NCBI GenBank assembly: GCA_964510205.1
Contig: CAZEBW010000004.1
Coordinates: forward strand, 3,638-67,637
Reading direction: 5' to 3'
Origin: an uncultured Anaerolineae bacterium
Lineage (GTDB): Bacteria; Chloroflexota; Anaerolineae; VGOG01
DNA: 64,000 nt
Positions 1 through 10,311 of this stretch are shown piece by piece. Under the pieces are notes generated by a model. That model did not search any database and was not told the DNA's origin. It saw nothing but the letters and a program-made list of their open reading frames with translations. Both the position numbers and the translations under genes were made by a program. Each line of letters opens with the position of its first letter. Position 1 is the stretch's first letter.

Positions 1-894
1 GCGGGGGAGGCCGTGGTGCCGCTGCGCACCCAACTGCCGGTGGACAGGCACGAGGGCGTGACTCTGTTCATGCCCGCCTATCTTTCGGACAGCGATGACC
101 TGGGAGTCAAGATCGTCTCTGTCTTCCCCCGCAATCTGGACAAGCGTCTTCCTACCATCTTCGCCTTGGTGATCGTGGTGGAGGCCGCTACCGGCCGGCC
201 GCTGGCGGCGATGGACGGCGCTTATCTGACCGCCCTGCGCACGGGCGCGGCTTCGGGGGCGGCTACCGACCTGTTGGCCAGGGAGGACGCCGGGGCAGCG
301 GCCATCTTCGGGGCGGGAGCGCAGGGGCGCACCCAGCTTCTGGCCGTTTGCGAGGCGCGGGACATCGAAACAGCCTGGGTGTACGACGTCAACCTCCAGG
401 CGGCGGAGAAATACGCCCAGGAAATGGCGGGAAAGGGGAGGGTTCCCGCTGATGTCCGGGTCGCCTCCTCCCCAGCGGAAGCGGTCCGCGAGGCCGATGT
501 CATCTGCGCGGCCACCACTTCCAGCACGCCCGTCTTCGCCGACGGCGACCTCAAGCCCGGCGCCCACATCAACGCCGTGGGGTCTTTCACGCCGCAGATG
601 CAGGAGGTGCCGGAGCAGACGGTCGCCAGGGCCAGGCTGGTGGTAGGCTCGCGGGAGGGATGCCTGGCCGAGACGGGCGACCTGATCATCCCCATCCAGA
701 AGGGCCTGATCACCGAACACGATATCTACGCCGAGCTGGGGGAAATCGCTGCGGGGCTCAAGCCGGGGCGCGACCATGCCGACCAGATCACGCTCTTCAA
801 GTCGGTGGGCAATGCTGTGCAGGACGTGTCGGTGGCCCGCGCGGTGCTGACGCAGGCCGAGGCGCTGGGGCTAGGTATTGAGGTGGAACTGTGA
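1..894 (+). CDS. Ornithine cyclodeaminase / mu-crystallin family protein (5' partial; reading frame is open to the window edge)
   Basis: 293-aa ORF with the OCD family NAD-binding core; frame continues to nt 1 without a stop. Read with some uncertainty. Confidence 0.6.
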   Translation, partial: AGEAVVPLRTQLPVDRHEGVTLFMPAYLSDSDDLGVKIVSVFPRNLDKRLPTIFALVIVVEAATGRPLAAMDGAYLTALRTGAASGAATDLLAREDAGAAAIFGAGAQGRTQLLAVCEARDIETAWVYDVNLQAAEKYAQEMAGKGRVPADVRVASSPAEAVREADVICAATTSSTPVFADGDLKPGAHINAVGSFTPQMQEVPEQTVARARLVVGSREGCLAETGDLIIPIQKGLITEHDIYAELGEIAAGLKPGRDHADQITLFKSVGNAVQDVSVARAVLTQAEALGLGIEVEL

Positions 895-901
895 GGCGCG
901 C

Positions 902-1711
902 TCAAGAGGCGAATTTGAGGAGCAGCGCCAGGCCGATCAGCCCCACCGCAGCGAACTCGATGACAATCCGCCGATTGAGGGCCTCCAGCAACCCCTGGCG
1001 GGCGAGGCCAGTGGTCAGGTAGAAGACGAGCAGCAGCAGGATGCCAGCGGTCAAGCTGTGCATCTGCAAGTGGCTCAAGGCCCAGAGGATTTCCCCCATG
1101 ACCAGGCCCACGATCAGCGCGTAGAGACCGCTTCGCCGCAGGCCCTGCTCGGTGCTGTGCAGCAGAGTGAGAGCCAACAGGCTGCTCCCGACCATCGCTG
1201 CCACCGACGAGAGCAGCGGGCGGTCCGCGCCCTCGTGGATGAGCGTGAAAAGAACGAGGGCCATGAGATAGGCGATGAAGTTCAGGCCCAAGTGAGTGAC
1301 GTTGTGGAACGAGGCGGTAGGATCAACGGAACGATACTCAGCGGAGATGATCAATGGAAGAACGATTCCCATCGCGGCCAGACCGCCCAGAGTGTAGATT
1401 GCATTTGGAGCCTTGGGCAGCAGAATCGCGGCCAGCAGCGTGGCCAGGCTGGGTAGGATGCAGGGAACGAAGGTGTGTTTGGACAGGGGATGGAGGCGCA
1501 TGATGGATGCGGCGCCGCTGTAGGCCAGGCCGGTCAGCAGCGCCGCCGTCAGCCAGTGCGCCAGTTCCCTGGCCGCGGAGAGTCGGATCGTCACAGGGAT
1601 GCTCAGCACGGCGAAGCCGAAAGTCCTCTGCGGCAAGACGACGAACAGCGAGAGGGCCAAACAGAGCAGTATCACACTTACCACCACGCTGAGCTTGTCG
1701 TAGTTGGGCAT
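902..1711 (-). CDS. Hypothetical polytopic integral membrane protein
   Basis: 269 aa, about 8 hydrophobic helices, no recognisable catalytic motif. Confidence 0.5.
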   Translation of the reverse strand: MPNYDKLSVVVSVILLCLALSLFVVLPQRTFGFAVLSIPVTIRLSAARELAHWLTAALLTGLAYSGAASIMRLHPLSKHTFVPCILPSLATLLAAILLPKAPNAIYTLGGLAAMGIVLPLIISAEYRSVDPTASFHNVTHLGLNFIAYLMALVLFTLIHEGADRPLLSSVAAMVGSSLLALTLLHSTEQGLRRSGLYALIVGLVMGEILWALSHLQMHSLTAGILLLLVFYLTTGLARQGLLEALNRRIVIEFAAVGLIGLALLLKFAS

Positions 1712-1761
1712 AGGCTCATTCTACAACTACCCCTCGTTTTTGTCAAACAGTTCTCTGGGGT

Positions 1762-1830
1762 CAGGGAATCAGGGAATCGGGGAATCGGGGAGCTGATTCT
1801 GATCCCTGATCACTGATTCCTGATTCCCTG
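1762..1830. repeat. Inverted arrays of 7-8 nt tandem repeats (AGGGAATC x3.5 followed by the reverse-complement GATTCCCT array) in a divergent intergenic region
   Basis: cagggaatcagggaatcggggaatcgggga / tgattcctgattccctg read directly; could form a long hairpin. Confidence 0.85.
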
Positions 1831-1839
1831 GTCACTTGA

Positions 1840-3930
<2,091 letters not shown>

Positions 3931-3964
3931 AACGGATTGGAGGAAGGAAATCCGTTCTTTTCTT
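3931..3964 (+). terminator. Rho-independent terminator after ligA
   Basis: aacggatt-ggaggaaggaa-aatccgtt hairpin followed by cttttctt. Confidence 0.5.
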
Positions 3965-3995
3965 AATCTGTTGTAGTGTTGTTGCGAGGAATGCC

Positions 3996-5183
3996 ATGCC
4001 ACAAGTCGTCCTGAAACGAGGCCGTGAAAAACCTATCCTGAATCGTCACCCCTGGATCTTCTCCGGGGCCATCCAGCGCGTCGAGGGGGAGTGTGATGAC
4101 GGGGATGTGGTGGAGGTGGCCGACCAGCGGGGGCGCTTCCTGGCGCGAGGCTACCTAAACCGCCGCTCTCAGATCGCGGTGCGTCTCCTCACCTGGGATG
4201 AGGACGAGGTCATCGGGACGGACTTCTGGCGGCGTCGGCTGGAGCGGGCCTTCGCCAGCCGGCAGGCCCTGGCCGCTGATCCCTCCACCGACGCCTACCG
4301 CCTGGTCAACGCCGAGTCCGACCTACTGCCCGGCCTGGTTCTCGATCGCTACGGCGATTACCTGGTGGCCCAGTTTCTAACGCTGGGAATCGAGCGGTGG
4401 AAGGCCGAACTGGTTGGCCTGGCGGCTGATCTGCTGCAGCCCAGGGGCGTCTACGAGCGGAGTGACGCGGAGGTGCGGGAGAAAGAGGGATTGGCTGCGG
4501 TCAGCGGCCTGCTGCACGGCGAGCAGCCGCCGGACCTGGTGGACATAATGGAGAACGGCCACCGTTTCTGGGTGGACATAAAGGCGGGGCACAAAACCGG
4601 CTTCTATCTCGACCAGCGGGAGAACCGTGCCAAGCTGACCAGGTACTGTGCGGGCAAAGCGGTGCTCAACGGCTTCGCCTACACGGGGGCTTTCGCCGTC
4701 TACGCCGCTGCGGCGGGGGCGGGGCGCATCACCAATGTGGAATCCTCGGCCGAGGCCCTGGCGCTGGCCCGGCGCAACATGGCCCTCAACGGTTTCGCCG
4801 ACCGCGACGACGGGTACATTGAGGGGGACGTTTTTCAGGTGCTGCGGGGGTATCGCGATCAGGGGCGGACCTTTGAACTGGTCATCCTCGATCCGCCGAA
4901 GTTCGCCCACTCCAAGGCCCAGGTGCAGTCAGCCTGCCGGGGCTACAAGGACATCAACTTGCTGGCCATGCAGCTCCTGGCCCCCGGCGGCGTCCTGGCC
5001 ACCTTCTCTTGCTCAGGCCGGGTGAGCGCCGATCTCTTCCAGAAGGTGCTCTTCGGGGCCAGCGTGGACGCCGCCCGCGATGTGCAGATCATCGAGAAGC
5101 TGTCCCAGTCCTCCGATCACGCCATCCTGCTCACCTTCCCTGAGTCGGAGTACCTGAAGGGGTTTGTGTGTCGGGTGTTTTGA
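3996..5183 (+). CDS. rlmI: 23S rRNA m5C1962 methyltransferase RlmI (PUA + class I SAM MTase)
   Basis: Near-collinear similarity to E. coli RlmI from N-terminus (KRGREKPILNRHPWIFSGAI) to C-terminus (EYLKGFVCRVF). Confidence 0.88.
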   Translation: MPQVVLKRGREKPILNRHPWIFSGAIQRVEGECDDGDVVEVADQRGRFLARGYLNRRSQIAVRLLTWDEDEVIGTDFWRRRLERAFASRQALAADPSTDAYRLVNAESDLLPGLVLDRYGDYLVAQFLTLGIERWKAELVGLAADLLQPRGVYERSDAEVREKEGLAAVSGLLHGEQPPDLVDIMENGHRFWVDIKAGHKTGFYLDQRENRAKLTRYCAGKAVLNGFAYTGAFAVYAAAAGAGRITNVESSAEALALARRNMALNGFADRDDGYIEGDVFQVLRGYRDQGRTFELVILDPPKFAHSKAQVQSACRGYKDINLLAMQLLAPGGVLATFSCSGRVSADLFQKVLFGASVDAARDVQIIEKLSQSSDHAILLTFPESEYLKGFVCRVF

Positions 5184-6229
5184 AATGCGGTGACCGCGCC
5201 CTGCTGTCCCACCTCACCCTCTATCTCAAACGCTACATCTAAGAACTGTTCTACCACCCAGATATTGGTCAGCAAGTGCTGGGTGATCTCGCAGGTGGTG
5301 AAAGCTGACGGGCCAGAGGCTAGGGCCAGGGGCAGAATCAACTGATCGGCCAGGTACTTGCCCAGGCAGGCGCCGCTTTGGTGGTAGGCCATGAACTCGC
5401 GGCAGGCATCCTCGGCCACTTTCTCGGCAGGCTTGCCGCGCTTTCCCAAAGAGGAGAAGCCGGCCACTGCATTCTCGTACTCCGCCGCGAGAAAGAGGAC
5501 GGTGCCTTTGCCTGGCGAGGGCGCGTCCACGATCTCTACCTGCGGCTCGAAACCGCGCTCTCGCAGATATCCCTCCGCGCGCTTCTGCTGCCTCTGTCCG
5601 ATGTGGGCGGGCAGGTTGGAGGCCGCGGAGACGCCCCACAGGCGCTTCAGTTCGCCCCGCTGGGTCAAATCCAGGCCCGAAAGTTCGCTCTCTCCTCGGC
5701 CCTGGATTGCCACCGTCATCTCCCCTCCGCCTATGGGATACCAGCCCCACTTCTCGACCTCGGCTTTAGCTTCCAGGCCCGTGCGGGCCAGGGTGGGCAG
5801 GTAGACGTGTTTGAGGTAGTGAAAAGAGGGGCTCCAGGCCACGTGGGTGCCGCCGCGTACGGTCAGGCGGGATGAGCCGGAGGCGAAGGCCAGGGGCAGC
5901 AGCAGGGTTTGGGCGACCAGACTGGTTGCGCCCGCGCTTCCGCCCTTGCGGGCCTCGGCCACGTCGAATAAATACTGCCCAGCGCGAGGCGACGACCGAG
6001 GCTTGAAAGTCAGCTCCAGGGAGCCCAGGCTGGCGCCTTCTAGCTCGGCCTGGCAGACTTGAGCTGTGGCCCGGACCCCGGTGAGGTGTTGGGCTTGCAG
6101 GCCGGGCCTGCGGCGCTGAGCGCGGACGTTCTCGATGCGTGTGGGTTGGCCCAGGATCGCGGATAGGGTCAGGGAAGTGCGCAGCACCTGCCCGCCTCCC
6201 TCGCCATAAGAGCCATTGATGACGATCAT
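5117..6229 (-). CDS. rtcA: RNA 3'-terminal phosphate cyclase RtcA
   Basis: The ORF extends to 6301, but the likely start is MIVINGSYGEGGGQVLRTSLTLS, matching the RtcA N-terminus; conserved H (RGGTHVAWSPS) region; C-terminus TNIWVVEQF. Confidence 0.8.
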   Translation of the reverse strand: MIVINGSYGEGGGQVLRTSLTLSAILGQPTRIENVRAQRRRPGLQAQHLTGVRATAQVCQAELEGASLGSLELTFKPRSSPRAGQYLFDVAEARKGGSAGATSLVAQTLLLPLAFASGSSRLTVRGGTHVAWSPSFHYLKHVYLPTLARTGLEAKAEVEKWGWYPIGGGEMTVAIQGRGESELSGLDLTQRGELKRLWGVSAASNLPAHIGQRQQKRAEGYLRERGFEPQVEIVDAPSPGKGTVLFLAAEYENAVAGFSSLGKRGKPAEKVAEDACREFMAYHQSGACLGKYLADQLILPLALASGPSAFTTCEITQHLLTNIWVVEQFLDVAFEIEGEVGQQGAVTAFQNTRHTNPFRYSDSGKVSRMA

Positions 6230-6385
6230 CGTTCCTCCTTCTTCCCTCAGTGGCAGATGCAAATACCATACCACATTGTCCCCAAAAGTCAAATGGGTCA
6301 TTTTTCGCCTGGCAAAAACGCTCAGCCATTGGCCATCTCTCCAACGTGTATTTCAATTTGGGGGCAAGACCGAGAGACAGCGTCA

Positions 6386-6475
6386 TGTGTCATTGCGAGG
6401 AGCGGAGCGACGAAGCAATCCCCTACGCACATTGGAGATTGCTTCGGGCGCACACACCGCGCCCTCGCAATGACA
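6386..6475. repeat. Palindromic repeat element, copy 1 (TGTCATTGCGAGGAGCGGAGCGACGAAGCAATC ... GATTGCTTCG ... CCTCGCAATGACA)
   Basis: 37-nt core identical to a second copy at 42157-42238; long terminal inverted repeat gtcattgcgagg / cctcgcaatgac. Confidence 0.7.
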
Positions 6476-6586
6476 TTTGCCCTAGAACTGAAACGCACAT
6501 CTCTCCAAATCGCTTTTTGCGTTGAATCCGACTATCGTGTATAATAAGGCAGTGTGTCCTTTACCACCTGAAGAGGAGGTCAATAA

Positions 6587-6739
6587 GTGATACCATTTCT
6601 GTCACGTGAAGAAGGACAGGGGCTCATTGAGTATGCCCTGATCATCGTCTTGGTAGCCATAGTCGTCACTGCCATCTTGCTGTTGCTGTGGGACAAGATA
6701 TACGTCTTGCTGAACCAGTTTATCAACTTCATTAGCTGA
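6587..6739 (+). CDS. Flp/Fap family type IVb (Tad) pilin, 50 aa; below the ORF-track length cutoff
   Basis: GTG start 8 nt after RBS aagaggagg. Translation VIPFLSREEGQGLIEYALIIVLVAIVVTAILLLLWDKIYVLLNQFINFIS carries the Flp signature G-x-x-x-EY-ALI plus a hydrophobic helix. Confidence 0.6.
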   Translation: MIPFLSREEGQGLIEYALIIVLVAIVVTAILLLLWDKIYVLLNQFINFIS

Positions 6740-6923
6740 CTCGTCGTCTTCGTGCACTCGACCTGACATTTGCCGTGTTTTTTCTTGCTTCAGTGGATCC
6801 AGATTCTGAGCAGAGCGGACCTTCGCGCCATTCGGCTGCGTGCGCTCAGGCCCGTGCTGATCCGGCCGCAATGACAGGCATGGGGGCCGCCTCTGCTGGA
6901 AATCCTGGCAGGCCAGGGGAAAC

Positions 6924-7628
6924 TTGACCGCTTTAGATTTGGTGCAGGGAATCAAAAGAGGTCTCCTGGATTTGCTGTTCCCCCCTCGCTGTGCGAGCTG
7001 TCGAGAGGTGGGGAGTTTGCTCTGTGCCAAGTGCCTCGATGAGTTCGAGTTGATTGAACCGCCCCTCTGCCCCCGCTGTGGTCGCCCCAGGTCCAACGGT
7101 CGCCTTTGCCCCCTTTGCCAACGCGGCCCGCTGCGAATAGACGGTGTTCGTGCTGTGGCCTATTTTGATGGAACCTTGCGCGATACCATTCACCGCTTCA
7201 AGTACTCAAACCTGCGGGATCTGGCCATCCCCTTGGGCAAGCTGATGGGCGACTATTGGGAGAAGAGCCCCCTTCCGGCTGACATCATTGCCCCCGTGCC
7301 CTTGCATCCAGCCCGACTGCGTGAGCGCGGCTACAATCAGGCGGCGCTCCTGGCCAGAGAGTTGGGGAAAAGCATCGGGTTGCCGGTCGTAGAGCACAGC
7401 TTGGTGCGCGTGCGGGCCACTCGCCCCCAGGTGGAGTTGGGTGCGCTGGAGCGCAAGGAGAACGTTCAGGACGCTTTTCGCTGCCCGAACGCCGAGCTGG
7501 GGGGCAAGCGAATCCTGTTGATTGACGACGTGTGCACCACCGGCGCCACGTTGGAGGCTTGCAGCATCGCCTTGCAGCAGGTCGGCGCTCGTTCCGTTTG
7601 GGCCTTCACCTTAGCCAGGGCCAGATGA
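6924..7628 (+). CDS. comF: ComF family protein (ComFC-like zinc-finger + phosphoribosyltransferase domain)
   Basis: N-terminal C4 cluster (CASC...CAKC...CPRCG...CPLC) and PRTase P-loop LIDDVCTTGATL. Confidence 0.75.
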   Translation: MTALDLVQGIKRGLLDLLFPPRCASCREVGSLLCAKCLDEFELIEPPLCPRCGRPRSNGRLCPLCQRGPLRIDGVRAVAYFDGTLRDTIHRFKYSNLRDLAIPLGKLMGDYWEKSPLPADIIAPVPLHPARLRERGYNQAALLARELGKSIGLPVVEHSLVRVRATRPQVELGALERKENVQDAFRCPNAELGGKRILLIDDVCTTGATLEACSIALQQVGARSVWAFTLARAR

Positions 7629-7742
7629 GCAGTGATCTGAAACGGCTTGCCTCATGCTGGCGGCGGATGATAAATCGCCAGTTCCAGGGCGGGCTGAGGC
7701 CGATGGTAGGACGCAAAACCGATTAAGGAAAGGAGATGTCAA

Positions 7743-8288
7743 ATGCAGTTGATCATCCAGGGTAAGAACATTGACGTGACCGATCGCTTGGAGGAGTACA
7801 TTGAGAAGAAAGTGGGCAAGCTGGACCGCTATCTGCCCACCATAAGCGAGGCGCGGGTAGAGCTGGCTGTTGAGGACACCAAGAGCGCTAAGGATCGCCA
7901 GGTAGCGCAGTTGACCGTGCGGAGCAAGGGCACATTTTTGCGGGCCGAAGAGAGAACTGCTGATATGTTCTCCTCGATTGACGTTGTTACGGACAAGATG
8001 TACCGCCAGATCGTTCGCTACAAGGGCAAACGCTATGGCCGAGGTCGCGGGCCAGGTGAGATGCCGCCAGTGGAGGACTTCGCATTTGAAGAGGAAGAAG
8101 AATCGTCTCGCATCGTCAGAACCAAGCGTTTCCAGTTGGCTCCCATGGATGCAGAAGAGGCCATCGAGCAAATGGAGCTTCTGGGCCACGACTTCTTCCT
8201 GTTCTTCAATGTTTACAACAATGCCATAAACGTCGTCTATCGGCGTAAGGATGGCAACTACGGGCTGCTTGAGCCGGAGCTGGCGTAG
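7743..8288 (+). CDS. hpf: Ribosome hibernation promoting factor, long form
   Basis: 181 aa; N-terminal MQLIIQGKNIDVTDRLEEYIEKKVGKL and a C-terminal dimerisation extension. Confidence 0.85.
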   Translation: MQLIIQGKNIDVTDRLEEYIEKKVGKLDRYLPTISEARVELAVEDTKSAKDRQVAQLTVRSKGTFLRAEERTADMFSSIDVVTDKMYRQIVRYKGKRYGRGRGPGEMPPVEDFAFEEEEESSRIVRTKRFQLAPMDAEEAIEQMELLGHDFFLFFNVYNNAINVVYRRKDGNYGLLEPELA

Positions 8289-8325
8289 AGACGAAACTGT
8301 CGGCGCTCAAAAGGAAAGTCAGCAA

Positions 8326-8787
8326 ATGAAGACCATACTTATCGTCTGCACGGGCAACATCTGCCGTTCACCTATGGCCATGGGGCTGCTGCGGGACAAG
8401 CTGCGGGAGGAGGGATTAGAGGACCAGTACGCGGTATCGTCGGCGGGCGTGTGGGGGCTGGATAGCCAACCGCCTTCCGCGTACGCCATTCAGATGATGG
8501 CGGAGCGAGGTATTGACATCAGCGATCACCGCAGCCGCGACCTCAGCTCGGCGGATGTGGAGGAGGCCGACCTCATTTTGACCATGGAGCGCGGGCAGGC
8601 CGAGGCCATCCGGGTGGAGTTCCCTCAACACGCTCACAAAGTTCATTTGCTGAGCCAGATGGCCGGGCGGCACTACGACGTCCGCGATCCCTACGGCGAC
8701 CCTTTGCCCGAATACCGCCAATGCGCCAACGAGATCGAAAGGTTGATCGGGGAGGGCTATCCGCGCATCATGCAGTTGGTGGGCTGA
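8326..8787 (+). CDS. Low molecular weight protein-tyrosine phosphatase
   Basis: CTGNICRSP P-loop at the N-terminus and DPYG motif near the C-terminus; internal start MKTIL preceded by aaaggaaag. Confidence 0.8.
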   Translation: MKTILIVCTGNICRSPMAMGLLRDKLREEGLEDQYAVSSAGVWGLDSQPPSAYAIQMMAERGIDISDHRSRDLSSADVEEADLILTMERGQAEAIRVEFPQHAHKVHLLSQMAGRHYDVRDPYGDPLPEYRQCANEIERLIGEGYPRIMQLVG

Positions 8788-8810
8788 GTGCAGCCGAAAT
8801 CCAAAAGAGT

Positions 8811-8895
8811 GTGGCTAAAATCTGTGGAAGGTAGTAGCGACTTCAGTCGCTTGGAACGACTAAAGTCGTCACTACCACAAGTTTTAGCCACACCC
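8811..8895. repeat. ~85-nt imperfect nested palindrome between convergent genes
   Basis: Outer stem gtgtggctaaaa / ttttagccacac, inner ggtagtagcgactt / aagtcgtcactacc. Confidence 0.4.
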
Positions 8896-8905
8896 AATCC
8901 AAAAA

Positions 8906-8935
8906 GGGGAGACCGCCGGCGGTCTCCCCTTTTCT
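8906..8935. terminator. Bidirectional Rho-independent terminator
   Basis: ggggagaccgccggcggtctcccc flanked by aaaaa (5') and ttttct (3'); serves the convergent + (PTP) and - (HNH) genes. Confidence 0.65.
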
Positions 8936-8950
8936 CATTCTCTTCAGTCG

Positions 8951-9466
8951 TCACCATCCCTCTATGAACTGCTGCCAGTCGGCGTTTTCTTTGACGTAAC
9001 GGCCAAAGAGGTAGGTACTCGTGGCAGCGGGTTCGTAAGGGCGCCGCAGCAACTGCATGTGGGCCTCTTGGAGCGTTCGTCCGCCCTTTCGATGGTTGCA
9101 GTCCGGGCACGCGCTCACCAGGTTCTCCCACTCGTGCTGTCCCCCATTGTGACGTGGGTTGACGTGATCCACGGTCAGGTTTTTGGTCTGTTTCCCGCAG
9201 TATTGGCAGGTGTAGTTGTCTCGCCGGAAGATCTCTTTTTTGGTGAGCTTGACCCGGGGGCGAGGCCGCTTGATCAGGCAGGCCAGCTTGATCACCGAAG
9301 GGCACTGGAAAGTGGTGGAAGGGGTGCGGATGACGCCCCGGCTGTTCTCCAGGACGTCGGCCTTGCCCACCACGACCAGGGTGATGGCCCTCTTGACGCT
9401 GCAAACATTCAGAGGTTCGTAATTTAGGTTAAGCACGAGAACAGGATAATCTAGCAAGCCTCTCAA
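8951..9466 (-). CDS. HNH endonuclease
   Basis: CQYCG...DHVNPRHNGG...WENLVSACPDCNHRKG HNH/zinc motif. Confidence 0.75.
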   Translation of the reverse strand: MRGLLDYPVLVLNLNYEPLNVCSVKRAITLVVVGKADVLENSRGVIRTPSTTFQCPSVIKLACLIKRPRPRVKLTKKEIFRRDNYTCQYCGKQTKNLTVDHVNPRHNGGQHEWENLVSACPDCNHRKGGRTLQEAHMQLLRRPYEPAATSTYLFGRYVKENADWQQFIEGW

Positions 9467-9524
9467 CGATGCCTCCTCTGGCTTTTCGATCCAGTACCGA
9501 TTATAACACGACCTGGCGATTAGG

Positions 9525-10298
9525 TCAAGCTTGCCCTTGCCACAGCCGCCTCAGGCGCAGGTACATCACCAGATTGTAATAAGCCATCAACAGGCTTAGG
9601 AGTAATCCGTGGAAGCCGTCCTTGTAGCCCTCCAGCGAGACGTAGCGCCGCTTGAACTCCCGGAGGGGCTGCAGGATGAAGTTATGCGGCTTGGGCCGGA
9701 CGCCTTGCTCAAACATGATCTTGGCTTCGTAGTCAGTGTAGCGGTTCTGCCTCTGGATGAATTGAGCCAGGGTGTCGTAGTTGTAGTGGATCAGGGGATG
9801 TTCCAGATGCCCCGCTTCGCCGTCCAGGATGACGACCTCGTGGACCTCCCGCTGGGGATCGTAGCGGGCTTGGCCCTGCCGCAGGAGGCGCAGTTGATAG
9901 TCGGGATACCAGCCGGCGTGGCGGATCACGCGGCCGAAGATGTAGTTGTGGCGCGGCGCCCACCAGCCCGACCGCGATTCGTCCTGGATGGCGCGGCGTA
10001 TCTCGGCCGCCAGCTCCGGTGTAGCGCGTTCGTCGGCGTCCACGAAAAACACCCAATCGCTGTCCACGGCATCCAGGGCGGCGTTGCGCTGCTGGGCGAA
10101 ATTCTGAAACGGGTGCTGGAGCACCGTCGCCCCCGCCTCTCGTGCCACCGCCACCGTGCCGTCCTGGCTGAACGAGTCGAAGACCACCACCTCGTCGGCC
10201 CATTTCACGCTGGCGATGCAGTCGGCGATGTTCTTCTCCTCGTCCTTGGTGAGAATGATGACACTCAGCTTCGACCGAGATTGGCTATTTGTCCTCAA
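9525..10298 (-). CDS. Glycosyltransferase family 2
   Basis: LSVIILTKDEEKNI...DSFSQDGT...FFVDADE (DxD) GT-A fold motifs. Confidence 0.8.
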   Translation of the reverse strand: MRTNSQSRSKLSVIILTKDEEKNIADCIASVKWADEVVVFDSFSQDGTVAVAREAGATVLQHPFQNFAQQRNAALDAVDSDWVFFVDADERATPELAAEIRRAIQDESRSGWWAPRHNYIFGRVIRHAGWYPDYQLRLLRQGQARYDPQREVHEVVILDGEAGHLEHPLIHYNYDTLAQFIQRQNRYTDYEAKIMFEQGVRPKPHNFILQPLREFKRRYVSLEGYKDGFHGLLLSLLMAYYNLVMYLRLRRLWQGQA

Positions 10299-10311
10299 GC
10301 AATCACTCCCT

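Noticed and set aside
222-713. Antisense and alternative-frame ORFs throughout the window (e.g. 222-713, 1810-2769, 2944-4002, 9609-10373, 10381-11307, 28307-29245, 30052-31083, 33290-34447, 35083-36330, 36876-38327, 42260-43300, 46622-47377, 54320-55273)
   Set aside because: They overlap well-supported genes on the other strand or frame. High GC content produces long spurious open frames with R/P/A/G-rich, domain-less translations.
6216-6544. Three overlapping small + strand ORFs (6216-6473, 6250-6525, 6257-6544) and ORF 41936-42322
   Set aside because: They are translations of the palindromic repeat element (LRGAERRSNL / RFARNDT-type peptides), not genes.
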